Positions 9,752 to 20,740 of a DNA stretch of 64,000 nt are shown one piece after another (the stretch's first letter is position 1; each line of letters opens with the position of its first letter). The translations under genes and the position numbers were made by a program. Source of the DNA: an uncultured delta proteobacterium. GTDB lineage: Bacteria; Myxococcota; Myxococcia; Myxococcales; Myxococcaceae. The stretch is from positions 64,001 through 128,000 of the forward strand of contig CAVYSY010000052.1 in assembly GCA_963771175.1 (NCBI GenBank), in the 5' to 3' direction. The notes beneath the pieces are model-generated. The model worked only from the letters and a program-made list of their open reading frames with translations, had not been told where the DNA came from and searched no databases.

Positions 9752-10501
9752 ATGTCCGACACGCTGCTGACGAACCTCGAGGCCGGAGTCCTCACCCTCA
9801 CCTTCAACCGGCCCCAGAAGAAGAACGCCTTCACCGGCGAGATGTACGACGCCGCCGCCCACGCCCTCCTCGACGCCGACTCCAATGACGCGGTGCGTGT
9901 GGTGGTGCTCACCGGCTCGGCCGGCGCCTTCACCGCCGGCAATGACCTCAAGGACTTCCTCGAGAACCCCCCCGCTGGCGAGGACAGCCCCGTCTTCCGC
10001 TTCCTGCGCGCCCTCGCCCACCACTCGCGCCCCGTGGTGGCCGGCGTGGACGGCGTGGCGGTGGGCATCGGCACCACCCTGCTGCTGCACTGTGACTACG
10101 TGGTGGCCTCCGAGCGCGCCCTCTTCAGCATGCCCTTCGTCAACCTGGGCCTCAGCCCCGAGGGCGCCTCCAGCGTGCTGCTGCCCCGCGTGGCCGGCAT
10201 GGCGCTCGCCTCCGAGCTGCTCATGTTCGGCGACCCCTTCGACGCGGCCACCGCCCTGCGCGCCGGCATCATCAACCAGGTGGTGCCCGAGGCCTCCCTC
10301 GCCGAGGTGGTGCAGAAGCGCGCCGCCACGCTCGCCGCCAAGCCCGTGGAGTCCCTGCGCCTCACCAAGCGGCTGCTGCGCGAGCCCCTGCGCGCCACCG
10401 TGGACGACGCCCTCTCCCGCGAGGGCGAGCTCTTCGTCTGGCGGCTCGGCTCGGCCGAGGCCCGCGAGGCCCTCAACGCCTTCCTCGCCAAGAAGAAGTA
10501 G
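9752..10501 (+). CDS. Enoyl-CoA hydratase/isomerase family protein
   Basis: TFNRPQKKNA, FTAGNDL, GVAVGIGTTLLLHCD, PFVNLGLSPE crotonase motifs. Confidence 0.92.
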   Translation: MSDTLLTNLEAGVLTLTFNRPQKKNAFTGEMYDAAAHALLDADSNDAVRVVVLTGSAGAFTAGNDLKDFLENPPAGEDSPVFRFLRALAHHSRPVVAGVDGVAVGIGTTLLLHCDYVVASERALFSMPFVNLGLSPEGASSVLLPRVAGMALASELLMFGDPFDAATALRAGIINQVVPEASLAEVVQKRAATLAAKPVESLRLTKRLLREPLRATVDDALSREGELFVWRLGSAEAREALNAFLAKKK

Positions 10502-10517
10502 CGCGGGCTTCCGCCCC

Positions 10518-10748
10518 TCACGTCCCCAGCAGCGACACCCTCGGCTCCGAGTCCCTCAGGGACTGGGCCGACAGCTTCAACCGCCGCACCACCCGCCCCA
10601 TGTCCCCCGGGGACATCGGCGGCCACACCCGAGGGGGGGTGCGCGGGAGGCTGGGGCGAGCGGGGCCCTCTCCCGACGTCGTCTCCTCCGAGGGAGACGA
10701 CTGGGGATTCACCAGGGGAGACCGGCCGTCATCCGTCGTGTGCGCCAT
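10518..10748 (-). CDS. Possible small hypothetical protein (76 aa)
   Basis: GGAGG Shine-Dalgarno just upstream of the ATG; fills the gap between two genes; no recognisable domain. Confidence 0.3.
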   Translation of the reverse strand: MAHTTDDGRSPLVNPQSSPSEETTSGEGPARPSLPRTPPRVWPPMSPGDMGRVVRRLKLSAQSLRDSEPRVSLLGT

Positions 10749-10901
10749 TGTCGCCTCCGAGGGGACTGCGACTCCAGGTGAAAAGGCTAAAGAGCCCCTC
10801 CTGGAGGGTCAAGGCAGCCGGGCCCTGGAGGGAGAATCTGTTTTCCATCCAAAGCCTGGAAAGCCTCGACTGTCTCGCGCGCGACAGCGGGCGAGCGACC
10901 C

Positions 10902-13622
10902 TCAGCGTCCGGAGCGGGCCGGCACCTTCCTCGGCGAGGCGAGGAAGGACTCGATGCCGGGGCCCTGGGCCGCCTTGAAGGCGATGCACAGGTCCACCGC
11001 CTCCAGCACCTGGGCGAGCATGCGGGGCCCGCCGGGGACCTTCGCGGAGCGCTCGGTGAAGAAGGCGGCCAGCTCCTGGCGGTGGACGGGGTCGCAGTAG
11101 GAGGCCCCCACCCAGGCCAGCCCGGACCGGTACTCCTCCGGCATGCGCGCGGCGAGCGCGTCGTAGTTCTCCTTCACGAAGGCGAAGGCCACGTCGCGCG
11201 TCCGCACGTTCGAGGCGCCGAACAGCAGCATCCCCAGCTCGCGCACGTCCTCGGAGGGGTCCAACAGCAGCTTCAGGTTCTCCCGCACCAGCGCCGGGTC
11301 GGTGAAGCCACTCAGCGCGTCGACGAGCTGCTGGCGCACTCCTGCGCTCCTTCTCCCCCTTCAGGGCCGCCAGCAGCCTGCCGTGCAGGGCCGCGTCCCC
11401 GTTGTCCGCGGCGATGGCGAGCATCGGGTCCACCACCTCGGGCGCCACCGCGTTGGAGTCCACCAGCCACCTGTCCATGAGCCGCTTCGCCTCGGCCACC
11501 AGCTTCGGCTCGCGGCCCTGGCGGCCGGCGCTCCACAGCAGCGTGGAGCGCAGCAGCCGGGTGTCCTCGTCCTCCCCGGCGCGCGGGGTGAAGCCGAGCG
11601 CCCGGGCCCGGGCCCCGTAGGTGTCACGCAGGAAGCGCTCCCGGTCCGCCTGGCGCGCGTCGGAGAGAATCGACGGCTTGAGGAGGCCCGTCAGGTCCAG
11701 CGCCGCCTGGAACACCAGCCGGTCCTTCTCCCCGGCCAGGCCCGGCAGCAGGCCGAGCGCGTCCGCGGCCGGCAGCGTGCCCGCGTTCACCAGGGCCTGC
11801 ACGTCCCCGAGGAGGGCGACGCGCTCGGCGCGGGAGAGGTGGCGGCTGTCGGTGGAGAGGAGCCGGGCCAGCATCTTCCCGTCCACGGCGGCGCGGTAGT
11901 AGCCGGCCCCCTCCGCGTTGGGCAGCAGCCAGGTGGGGCACGCCTTCGCCTCGGGGAGCGGCAGCTCGGCCTCCTCGCCCTCCAGCACGGTGCAGGCGCG
12001 GCCCGCCTGGGCCCCCGTGCCGTAGCGCACGCACAGGGGCACCTTCCACAGTTGCTTCGCGTCCCCCGCCGAGCCCACCGGCAGGAAGCGGCGCTGGGAG
12101 AGCTTCACCGCGGGCACCTTGCCCGAGCAGTCCAGTCGCAGCGGAGACCACCGGCGCGCCGCCCTGGTCCAGGAAGGTGCCCAGCACGACGGACACGTCC
12201 CGGCCCGCCTCGGCCGAGAGGGCGTCGAGGAAGTCCTTCGCGGTGGCGTTGCCGTGGGCGTGGGCGCGCAGGTAGCGCCGCACGCCGCGCTGGAAGACGT
12301 CGCGGCCCAGCCAGCTCTCGGCCATGGCCAGCACCGCCGAGCCCTTGCCGTAGGTGATGCCGTCGAAGGCGTTGTAGACGTCGTCCTCGGACTCGATGGG
12401 CTGGCGGATGCGGCGCGCGGACACCAGGCTGTCGGTGGACAGCGCGAACGAGCGGCCCCGCACGCGCTCGATGGGGACGTCCCACGAGGGCTGCGCGCCC
12501 TCGACGATGCGCGGCGTCGTCCAGGTGGCGAAGGCCTCGTTGAGCCACACGTCGTCCCACCACGCCAGGGTGACGAGGTTGCCGAACCACTGGTGCGCCA
12601 GCTCGTGCGTCTGCACGTTGTAGAAGTCGCGCTGCCGGCGGAGGGTGTCCTCGGCGGGCTTGGACAGGAGGAGCCCCGAGTTGAACGTGACCAGGCCCGG
12701 GTGCTCCATGGCCCCCCCGAAGAGCGGCACGGCCAGCACGTCCAGCTTCTCGTACGGGAAGGCGATGCCGAAGTACTTCTCCAGGTGGCCGAGAATCTCC
12801 GGCGTCACCTGGGCGGCATAGGCGCCCTCGGCGGCGCGGCCCTCGCGGGGTGATGATGCGGGTGCGCACGCCCTTCTCCCCCGAGGGCTTCGCCTCGAGG
12901 AAGTCGAAGGGGCCCACGCCGAGGGCGATGAGGTAGCTGGGCAGCGGCTGGGTGCGGGCGAAGCGGTACGTGGTGCCGTTGGCGCCCGGCTCCTCGGCCA
13001 CGAGCGGGGTGTTGGTGACGGCCACGTTGCCCCGGGGCACGTGCAGGGTGAGCTGCCAGGGCACCTTGAAGCCCGGCTCGTCGAAGCACGGGAAGACGCG
13101 CCGCGCCCCGAGCGGCTCGAACTGGGTGAAGACGTACCAGTCCCCTCCCTCCCGAGCCCGGAAGGCGCCGCTGACCTCGCGCTCGGAGAGCTGCCCCTCG
13201 TAGGCGAGGCGCAGGCGCGCGGTGCCGGGCTGGAGCGTGGCCTCCGGGACGAAGCCGAGGAAGTCCCCGTTGCCCTTCGTCTGCGTGAGGGCCACCGGCC
13301 TGCCACCCACGGTGAGTGTCGCCTCCTTCACCGTGAGGGAGCGGCCATGGAGCCAGAGGACGTCGGTGGCCTCCTTCACGTCCAGGTCGATGTCCACCAC
13401 CCCCTGGAAGGTGGGGGCGGCCGGGTCGAGGGTGAGCTCGGCGGTGTAGCCGGAGGGGCGCACCTGGGTCGGCAGGCGCAGCGCGGGGGACACGGGCGCG
13501 GGCCGGGCGGCCTCGGCCACGGGGGCGGAGGCGACATCCGGAGTGGGCACGGGCTGGCGGGCGCCGCAGGCCGTCAGGGCGGCCAGGAGGGCGAGCGAGG
13601 CACGGCGGGTCGGCTTGGACAT
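10902..13622 (-). CDS. M1 family aminopeptidase lipoprotein (about 3 frameshifts)
   Basis: Lipobox ALTAC, TQFEPLGARRVFPCFDEP, GAMEH, THELAHQWFGNLVT...WLNEAFA, ITYGKG, ERAP1-like C-terminus distributed over 4 ORFs. Confidence 0.88.
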
Positions 13623-13716
13623 GGCCGAGGGTCTAGCCCAGGAGGGGCGGGCAAGGTAGCGATGGGCAGTGGGAGCCCCTTGCCCAGCTTGCCGCTTCCA
13701 GGTGGAGTGCGCCGCC

Positions 13717-14688
13717 GTGTCCCTGCCCGCCCCCGTTCCCGAGTCCCCGCGCCTGCCCCTCCCCATTCCTCCTGCCCGTCTCACCCAGGTGCTCGGCCAG
13801 CGCCCGGGGCCGGTGGGCGGCTGGCTCGCCAACCAGGTGATGGACGCGGTGTGCGCGCTGTCCCCGCGGCGGCGGGACGCGTTCGCCCGTTTCGTGGGGT
13901 GGCTCGCGTTCACCCTGGGCATCCGCCGCCGGGTGGCGCTGGAGAACCTGGCCCACGCGTACCCGGAGAAGAGCGAGGCCGAGCGGCGGAAGATTGCCCT
14001 CGGGGCCTACATCACCATGGCGCGCGTGGTGTTCGAGTCCATCGACGAGAAGGACCACGTGGAGCCGCGGTGGGAGGTGCCCGAGGTCCAGGGCGCGGCC
14101 TGGGAGGCCCTCCAGGCGAACATCGCGAAAGGCCAGGGCGCGCTGCTGGTGACGGCGCACTTCGGCAACTGGGAGCGGGCGGGGAAGATGTTGCTGCGCC
14201 GGGGTATCCCCCTCAACGCACTGGTGCGGCCCCTGAACGGGGCGCTCAACATGCGCATCGTCGACAACCGGCTGCGCGCGGGAGCGGGGCTCATCTACCC
14301 CAAGGGCGCCATCGCCGAGGCGCAGGAGGCGGTGAAGCTGGGCGAGACGGTGCTGATGCTGCTGGACCAGTCCCTGCCGGCGAAGGCGGCGGTGTTCGTG
14401 CCCTTCTTCGGACGGCCGGCGTCCACCACGCCGGCGATGGCGGTGGTGGCCCAGCGCACGGGGGCCCCGGTGTTCGTGGTGATGGGGATTCGGGACGAGA
14501 GCGGGCTCAAGCTGCGGCTGGAAGTCGAGGGGCCCATCCTCCCGCCCGAGGGCGTGAGCGAGCAGGACGCCGCCACCGCGCACACGGCGGCGGTGACGGC
14601 GGTGCTGGAGAAGTACATCCGGCGCTACCCGGACCAGTGGCTGTGGCTGCACCGGCGCTGGAAGGTGCAGCCTCCGAAGGGCGAGTGA
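13717..14688 (+). CDS. Lipid A lauroyl/lysophospholipid acyltransferase family protein
   Basis: TAHFGNWE, LLDQ, VPFFGRPAST, YPDQWLWLHRRWK; start codon uncertain. Confidence 0.85.
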   Translation: MSLPAPVPESPRLPLPIPPARLTQVLGQRPGPVGGWLANQVMDAVCALSPRRRDAFARFVGWLAFTLGIRRRVALENLAHAYPEKSEAERRKIALGAYITMARVVFESIDEKDHVEPRWEVPEVQGAAWEALQANIAKGQGALLVTAHFGNWERAGKMLLRRGIPLNALVRPLNGALNMRIVDNRLRAGAGLIYPKGAIAEAQEAVKLGETVLMLLDQSLPAKAAVFVPFFGRPASTTPAMAVVAQRTGAPVFVVMGIRDESGLKLRLEVEGPILPPEGVSEQDAATAHTAAVTAVLEKYIRRYPDQWLWLHRRWKVQPPKGE

Positions 14689-15360
14689 TGACGAGGACCC
14701 TCTTCATCGGAGACGTCCACGGCTGCGCGGAGGAGCTGGACGCCCTGCTGGCCGAGTGCCAGTACCGCCCGGGCGACCGCGTGGTGCTGGTGGGGGACCT
14801 GGTGGCGAAGGGGCCGGACTCGGCGGGCGTGGTGCGCCGGGCGAGGGAGCGCGGGATGCTCGCGGTGCGCGGGCAACCACGACGAGCACGTGCTGCGCTG
14901 GCACGCGGGGAAGATGCCCGAGGGCAAGAAGCTCAAGCCCGAGCACCAGCCGGTGCTCGACACGCTGGAGGACGAGGACTGGGCGTACCTCGAGTCGCTG
15001 CCCCTGCAGCGCCACTTCCCCGAGCTGAACGTGCGCGTGGTGCACGGAGGGCTGGTGCCCGGCGTGCCCCTGGAGAAGCAGAAGCCGGTGCTGATGCTCA
15101 ACCTGCGCAGCATCACGCCGGACGGAGAGCCCTCGAAGAGGGTGGACGACGGCGCTCCGTGGGCGAGCCTCTGGAAGGGGCCGGAGCTGGTCATCTTCGG
15201 CCACGACGCGCTGCGAGGGCTGCAGCGCCACCCGCATGCCATCGGACTGGACACGGGGTGCGTGTACGGCCAGCGGCTCACCGCGTACGTGCTGCCGGAG
15301 GCCCGCTTCTACTCGGTGAAGGCGAAGCGGGCCTATATGGCGCTCGCCGGCCCCCCGTGA
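14688..15360 (+). CDS. Metallophosphoesterase, ApaH/PrpE-like (frameshift near 14873)
   Basis: IGDVHGC, VGDLVAKGPDS, RG/NHD split by an indel, VHGG, IFGHDA, GLDTGCVYG. Confidence 0.88.
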
Positions 15361-15381
15361 GGGGCCGGGCACACGGACGCG

Positions 15382-16680
15382 TCACGCCTCCGGCGGGCGC
15401 ACCACCAGCACGGGCCGGTCGGCGCGCGACATCACTTCCTTCGTCACCGAGCCCATCAGCGTCGTCTTCAGCGCCGAGCGCCCGTGCGTGCCCAGGCACA
15501 TCACGTCCACGTTCAGGCGCTCGGCGGCCTTGAGCAGCGTCTCGGCCACGTCCTTGCCCGAGAGAATCTCCACCTGCACCTTGCGCCCGTTGGCATCCCC
15601 GTCCCGGGGCACGAGCTGGTGCAGCCGCTGGCGCAGCTCCCGCTCCTGCTCCACCACCTGCGGCGGCTCGCCCACGTACGTCACGTAGACAGTGCCCCCG
15701 GCCGGTAGCAGCGAGAAGGCATACGGAATGGCCCGGTTGGCCGCATCCGAGAAGTCCGTGGACACCAGCACCGAGCGCAGCGCCGGAATCGGCACCTCCG
15801 CGCCCCGCGCCGAGGCCATCACCGGCACGCTCACCACCGACATCTTCGCCAGCCGCAGCGCGTGGTGCGACACGCTCCACAGCTTGCCCAGCGCGCGCCG
15901 CTGGTGCGTGCCCACCACCAGCACGTCCACCTTCTCGTCCGCCGCCAGCGCCACCAGGTGGTCCGCGATGCGACCCACCCCCAGCTCCAGCCGCACCTTC
16001 ACCGGCGGCTGCCCCTGCGCCTCCAGCGGCGACGCCAGCGTGCGCACCTCCTGCTCCAGCGTGCGCCGCAGCTCCGGCGACACGTCCTGGAACGCCTGCG
16101 GGTGCGGCAGCCCCATCCGCTGGTACTCCTCGTGCGGCCAGTAGATGCGCCCGGCCACCACCTCCACCTGGCCGTACCGCCTCAGGCCCCGCACCCAGTC
16201 CCGCGCCGCCTCGAAGGGCAGCGAGCGGTCCACTCCCACCATCACCTTCAGCGCGCGCGAGCCCTTCGCCCACTCCGCGAAGGCGCCGTCATCGCGCACC
16301 ACCAGCAGCGGCACCGGCAGCGTCGTGGCCAGGCGGTCCACCGTGCCGCCCAGCCCCAGGAAGGGCGAGGCGCTCGTGGGGCCCGCCGTCACCACCAGCG
16401 AGGCGCCCTTCTCCTCCACGAAGCGCGCCAGCTCCTCCGAGGGCTCGCCGGTCAGCAACTGGTGGCTCACCCGCGCCCCCAGCTTCTCCAACCGCCGCAC
16501 CTCGTCCATCAGCGCCGAGCTCGCCGTGTCCTTCAACGTCTGGCCAAAGGCGCGCGCCAGGTCCCCTGGCAGCACGTGCACCAGGAAGAGGGGCTCATCC
16601 AGCCGGCGCGCGAGCTCCGCGGCGGCAGTGGCCGCCCGCTGCGCGGCGTCCGAGAAGTGGGTGGCACAGACAATCGTCAT
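15382..16680 (-). CDS. Universal stress protein, three USP domains
   Basis: IVCATHFS, VMVGVDRS, VLVSTDFS repeats; GTHGRS...MGSVTKEV. Confidence 0.9.
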   Translation of the reverse strand: MTIVCATHFSDAAQRAATAAAELARRLDEPLFLVHVLPGDLARAFGQTLKDTASSALMDEVRRLEKLGARVSHQLLTGEPSEELARFVEEKGASLVVTAGPTSASPFLGLGGTVDRLATTLPVPLLVVRDDGAFAEWAKGSRALKVMVGVDRSLPFEAARDWVRGLRRYGQVEVVAGRIYWPHEEYQRMGLPHPQAFQDVSPELRRTLEQEVRTLASPLEAQGQPPVKVRLELGVGRIADHLVALAADEKVDVLVVGTHQRRALGKLWSVSHHALRLAKMSVVSVPVMASARGAEVPIPALRSVLVSTDFSDAANRAIPYAFSLLPAGGTVYVTYVGEPPQVVEQERELRQRLHQLVPRDGDANGRKVQVEILSGKDVAETLLKAAERLNVDVMCLGTHGRSALKTTLMGSVTKEVMSRADRPVLVVRPPEA

Positions 16681-16817
16681 GGTTGCTCCAAGTACGGAAG
16701 GCCCCCGGGGGCCCGGTCGAAGGTTGTCAGTTCACGTCCTATGCCACCCACTCTAAGCCATCGGAGGACGTCCCCTCAGAAGTAACGCACGACCCACGTC
16801 CTGGCCTCGCCGCGCGG

Positions 16818-16844
16818 AAACCTGTCCGACAGTCGGACAGGTTT
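16818..16844. repeat. 27-bp perfect palindrome, REP-like interspersed repeat copy 1
   Basis: AAACCTGTCCGAC-A-GTCGGACAGGTTT; identical core at 45425..45451 with similar downstream flank. Confidence 0.85.
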
Positions 16845-17079
16845 TTGAAAAACGCGCCCAGGAGGTCTCCCGCCCTGGAAACCTGAATCACCGCCGCTCC
16901 GGAACCCGGGACCTCGACGCAAAAACCGCATCTCGGCGGAACGCCTCCGCAAAGCCTGCATGCCCGTCCCCGGAGCACGCGAGCGGCGAGAGCCGGCACC
17001 GGATTTGCGAGGGCTCCCCGAGGAAGCGCCGGAGCCGTCCGGCATCCCTAACTTGGAGCGAAGAGTCGCGGAGGTTCCC

Positions 17080-17529
17080 ATGTTCCGCTGTTCGTCCTGT
17101 GGTGCCTTCAACCGCGTGCGCGAGCCCCGGCCCCTCGGTGAGCCCACCTGTGGCCGCTGCCAGCGTCCGCTCGACCTGTCGGGCGCCCCCCAGGAAGTGG
17201 ACGGGGAGGCGCTGGGGCGGGCGGTGCGGTCCTCGCCCGTCCCCGTGCTGCTGGACCTGTGGGCACCGTGGTGTGGCCCCTGCCGTGCCGCCGCCCCCAT
17301 CCTCGCCGCGGTGGGTCGCGCCCAGGCGGGCCGGCTCCTCGTCCTCAAGCTGAACACGGAGGACCACCCCCAGGCGGCCAGCCAGCTCGGCGTGCGCGGC
17401 ATTCCCACCTTCGTCGTCTTCTCCGGCGGCCAGGAGGTGGCGCGACGCAGCGGACTGATGCCGCAGCCAGAGTTGGAGCGCTGGGTCCTCTCGGCGGCAC
17501 CGGGCGGAGGACCGAGGGCCTCGGCATGA
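17080..17529 (+). CDS. trxC: Thioredoxin 2 type (N-terminal Zn ribbon)
   Basis: CSSCGAFNRV...CGRC Zn site plus WAPWCGPC active site and GIPT. Confidence 0.88.
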   Translation: MFRCSSCGAFNRVREPRPLGEPTCGRCQRPLDLSGAPQEVDGEALGRAVRSSPVPVLLDLWAPWCGPCRAAAPILAAVGRAQAGRLLVLKLNTEDHPQAASQLGVRGIPTFVVFSGGQEVARRSGLMPQPELERWVLSAAPGGGPRASA

Positions 17530-17536
17530 GGGCGCG

Positions 17537-18895
17537 GTGAGGAAGACGATGGACGCGGCGCTCCTCCTGGACCTCTACGAGCTCACCATGGTGGACGCCT
17601 ACCTCCACGAGGGGCTCCACGAGGAGGCCGCCTTCAGCCTCTTCGCCCGCAAGCTGCCCGCGCACCGCAACTTCCTGCTCGCCTGCGGGCTGGAGCAGGC
17701 CCTCTCGTACCTGGAGACGCTCCGCTTCCCGCCGGAGGCACTCGCCTGGCTGGAGTCGCTGGGGCGCTTCTCGAAGCGGCTGCTGGATTGGCTGGAGCGC
17801 TTCCGCTTCACCGGGGACGTGTACGCCGTGCCCGAGGGCACTCCCGTCTTCCCCGAGGAGCCGCTGCTGGAGGTCGTGGCGCCCCTGCCCGAGGCGCAAC
17901 TGGCGGAGACGTACCTCATCAACCAGGTACACCTGCAGACGGTGGCGGCGTCCAAGGCGGCGCGAGTGGTGGAGGCGGCCCAGGGGCGGCCGGTGGTGGA
18001 CTTCGGGGTGCGGCGGATGCACGGAGTGGACGCGGGCCTGAAGGTGGCGCGCGCGGGCTACATCGCCGGAGTGGCCGCCACCTCCAACCTGCTGGCGGGC
18101 CAGCGCTACGGAATCCCGGTGGCCGGCACCATGGCCCACAGCTACGTGCAGGCCCATGACGACGAGCTCTCCGCGTTCCGCGCCTACGTGCGCCGCTTCC
18201 CGGAGACGACGTTGCTCGTGGACACGTACGACACGCTGGAGGGCGTGCGCAACGTGGTGAGGCTGGCCCGGGAGCTGGGGCCGGACTTCCGGGTGCGCGC
18301 CGTGCGGCTGGACTCGGGAGACCTGGGCGCGCTGGCGCACTCGGCGCGCGCCCTGCTGGACGCGGCGGGACTGGAGCGGGTCCAGATTTTCGCGAGCGGC
18401 GGGCTGGACGAGGACGAAGTGGCGCGACTGATGGCGCGACAGGCTCCCATCGATGCCTTCGGCGTGGGCACGGCGATGGGCGTGTCCGCGGACGCGCCCT
18501 CCCTCGACATGGCCTACAAGCTGGTGGCGTACGCGGGCAGGGGGCGGATGAAGCTGTCCACGGCGAAGGTGCAGCTGCCCGAGCGCAAGCAGGTGTTCCG
18601 CGAGGAGGCGGATGGGGAGGCACGCCGGGACGTGCTGGCCCGCCACGACGAGGTGCTCCCGGGACGTCCGCTGCTGCGGCGGATGATGCACGGAGGGCGG
18701 CGGCTGAAGGGCGCGAGCCCCACACTGGAGGAGCTCCGGACGAACGCGAGGGAGGAGCTGGCACGCCTGCCCTCGCGGGTGCGGGCGCTGCCGCGAGCCG
18801 AGCCCCCCTACCCGGTGGAGGTGAGCCCCACGTTGAGCGAGGCGCGAGACCGGCTCGCGAAGGAGCTGAGCCGGCCCGAGGAGGTGGACCGATGA
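17537..18895 (+). CDS. pncB: Nicotinate phosphoribosyltransferase
   Basis: DLYELTM, DFGVRR, GTMAHSY, LLVDTYDT, VRLDSGD, ASGGLDE, FGVGT, AYKLV. Confidence 0.93.
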   Translation: MRKTMDAALLLDLYELTMVDAYLHEGLHEEAAFSLFARKLPAHRNFLLACGLEQALSYLETLRFPPEALAWLESLGRFSKRLLDWLERFRFTGDVYAVPEGTPVFPEEPLLEVVAPLPEAQLAETYLINQVHLQTVAASKAARVVEAAQGRPVVDFGVRRMHGVDAGLKVARAGYIAGVAATSNLLAGQRYGIPVAGTMAHSYVQAHDDELSAFRAYVRRFPETTLLVDTYDTLEGVRNVVRLARELGPDFRVRAVRLDSGDLGALAHSARALLDAAGLERVQIFASGGLDEDEVARLMARQAPIDAFGVGTAMGVSADAPSLDMAYKLVAYAGRGRMKLSTAKVQLPERKQVFREEADGEARRDVLARHDEVLPGRPLLRRMMHGGRRLKGASPTLEELRTNAREELARLPSRVRALPRAEPPYPVEVSPTLSEARDRLAKELSRPEEVDR

Positions 18896-19557
18896 GGATG
18901 CGATTCCGGAACCGGGAAGAGGCGGGGCGGATGCTGGCCACGAAACTGGAGCACCTGCGGGATGAGGCGCCCGTGGTGCTGGCGCTGCCTCGGGGCGGGG
19001 TGCCGGTGGGCTACGAAATCGCCATGGCCCTGGGCGCGCCGCTGGAGGTGCTGGTGGTGCGCAAGCTGGGAGTGCCGTGGCGACCGGAGCTGGGGATGGG
19101 CGCCATCGCCGAGGGCGGCGCGACGTACATGAACCGCGAGGTGCTGGAGTACGGGGACCTGACGGACGAGGAGGTACGGGCCGTGGCGGAGGAGGAGACC
19201 CAGGAGCTGGAGCGCCGGGTGCGGCAGTACCGGGGGGGCAGACCGCTGCCGGACGTGCGGGGACGCACGGTCATCCTGGTGGACGACGGGCTGGCGACGG
19301 GAGGCACGGCACGAGCGGCGGCTCGGGCCGTGCGCGGACTGAACCCCCGGCGGCTGGTGCTCGCGGTCCCGGTGGCCGGGGCGGAGACGGCCGCGGCGCT
19401 GCGCCGCGAGGAGGTGGACGAGATGGTGGCGTTCGAGGAGCCGACGATGCTGGGCGCCGTGGGCGTCTGGTACGAGGACTTCCACCAGGTGGACGACGAG
19501 GAGGTGCTCGCGCTGCTGGAGGAGGCCCACGACCTCGGGGCCGCGCCGACGCCCTGA
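18892..19557 (+). CDS. Phosphoribosyltransferase (paralog of 4811..5503)
   Basis: FRNREEAG, LALPRGGVPV, ILVDDGLATGGT, VGVWYEDFHQV; overlaps the pncB stop (ATGA). Confidence 0.9.
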   Translation: MRMRFRNREEAGRMLATKLEHLRDEAPVVLALPRGGVPVGYEIAMALGAPLEVLVVRKLGVPWRPELGMGAIAEGGATYMNREVLEYGDLTDEEVRAVAEEETQELERRVRQYRGGRPLPDVRGRTVILVDDGLATGGTARAAARAVRGLNPRRLVLAVPVAGAETAAALRREEVDEMVAFEEPTMLGAVGVWYEDFHQVDDEEVLALLEEAHDLGAAPTP

Positions 19558-19560
19558 GCG

Positions 19561-20679
19561 TCACTGCTCCTTGAAGATGGCGACGGAGGGCGTGCCGTCC
19601 CGCCCCATGTAGCCGCGGTACATGCCCGTCGAGTTGAAGGGCATGGCCACGTTGCCCTGCGCGTCCATGGCGATGACGCCGCCCTCGCCGCCCGCCTTCA
19701 CGAGCGTGTCCATCACCACCGAGTGGGCGGCCTCGAGCAGCGGCAGGTCCAGGTACTCCATGCGGGAGCAGATGTCGCGAGCCACGGTGTAGCGGATGAA
19801 GTACTCGCCATGGCCGGTGGCGGAGACGGCGCAGCGCTCGTTGGCGTAGGTGCCGGCGCCGATGACGGGGACGTCGCCCACGCGGCCGAAGCGCTTGTTC
19901 GTCATGCCTCCCGTGGAGGTGCCCGCCGCGAGGTTGCCGGCCTGGTCGAGCGCCACCGCGCCCACGGTGCCGAACTTGTGCTCCCGGCCCGCGGGGTGCT
20001 CCCAGAAAGTGGAAGGCCCCTGCGGCTGCCCCTGCTCGGGCGGCGCCTGCTGCTGCGTCTTCTCCGCCTCCAGGGCGCGCTGCAACGACTGCCAGCGCTC
20101 CTCGGTGTAGAAGTAGCTCTCGGGGACGAGCTCCACGCCCTGCTGCTTCGCGAACTCCTCGGCGCCCGCGCCAATCATCATCACGTGCGGCGACTTCTCC
20201 ATCACGGCCCGCGCGAGGGTGATGGGGTTCTTCACGTGGTGCAGGCCCGCCACGGAGCCGGCCTCGCGGGTGCGCCCGTTCATGATGGCGGCGTCGAGCT
20301 CGTTCTTCCCGTCGTGGGTGAAGACGGAGCCCTTGCCGGCGTTGAAGAGGGGCGAGTCCTCCATGACGCGGACGGCGGCGGTGACGGCCTCCACGCTGGT
20401 GCCTCCCTGGGCGAGGATGGCATGGCCGGCCTGGAGGGCCTCGGTGAGGACGGCGCGGACGGCGGCCTCGCGCTCGGGGGAGAGGGACTCGCGCTTGATG
20501 ACGCCGGCCCCCCCGTGGATGACGATGCCCCAACGGGGGGCCGGCCTGGAGACGTCGTCGGAGGAGCTCATGCGCCTATCTTCCTCACGCTTGCTGGTAA
20601 GGGCAGTGGAGCACCCGAGCGGCAGGAGCAGGGCCGCCAGGGCTGCGGCGGAGAGGGCTCGACGGAGCGGCAAGGACAT
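19561..20679 (-). CDS. Isoaspartyl peptidase/L-asparaginase (Ntn hydrolase), lipoprotein
   Basis: IHGGAG, FNAGKG, GTVGAVA autocleavage Thr, TSTGG, GRVGD, ATGHGE; lipobox LPLGC. Confidence 0.92.
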   Translation of the reverse strand: MSLPLRRALSAAALAALLLPLGCSTALTSKREEDRRMSSSDDVSRPAPRWGIVIHGGAGVIKRESLSPEREAAVRAVLTEALQAGHAILAQGGTSVEAVTAAVRVMEDSPLFNAGKGSVFTHDGKNELDAAIMNGRTREAGSVAGLHHVKNPITLARAVMEKSPHVMMIGAGAEEFAKQQGVELVPESYFYTEERWQSLQRALEAEKTQQQAPPEQGQPQGPSTFWEHPAGREHKFGTVGAVALDQAGNLAAGTSTGGMTNKRFGRVGDVPVIGAGTYANERCAVSATGHGEYFIRYTVARDICSRMEYLDLPLLEAAHSVVMDTLVKAGGEGGVIAMDAQGNVAMPFNSTGMYRGYMGRDGTPSVAIFKEQ

Positions 20680-20740
20680 GCGGGGGAATCTCCGGGGGCT
20701 GTGGCTGGAAGGAGGGTCTACGCCCAACTCGCCCGGCGAC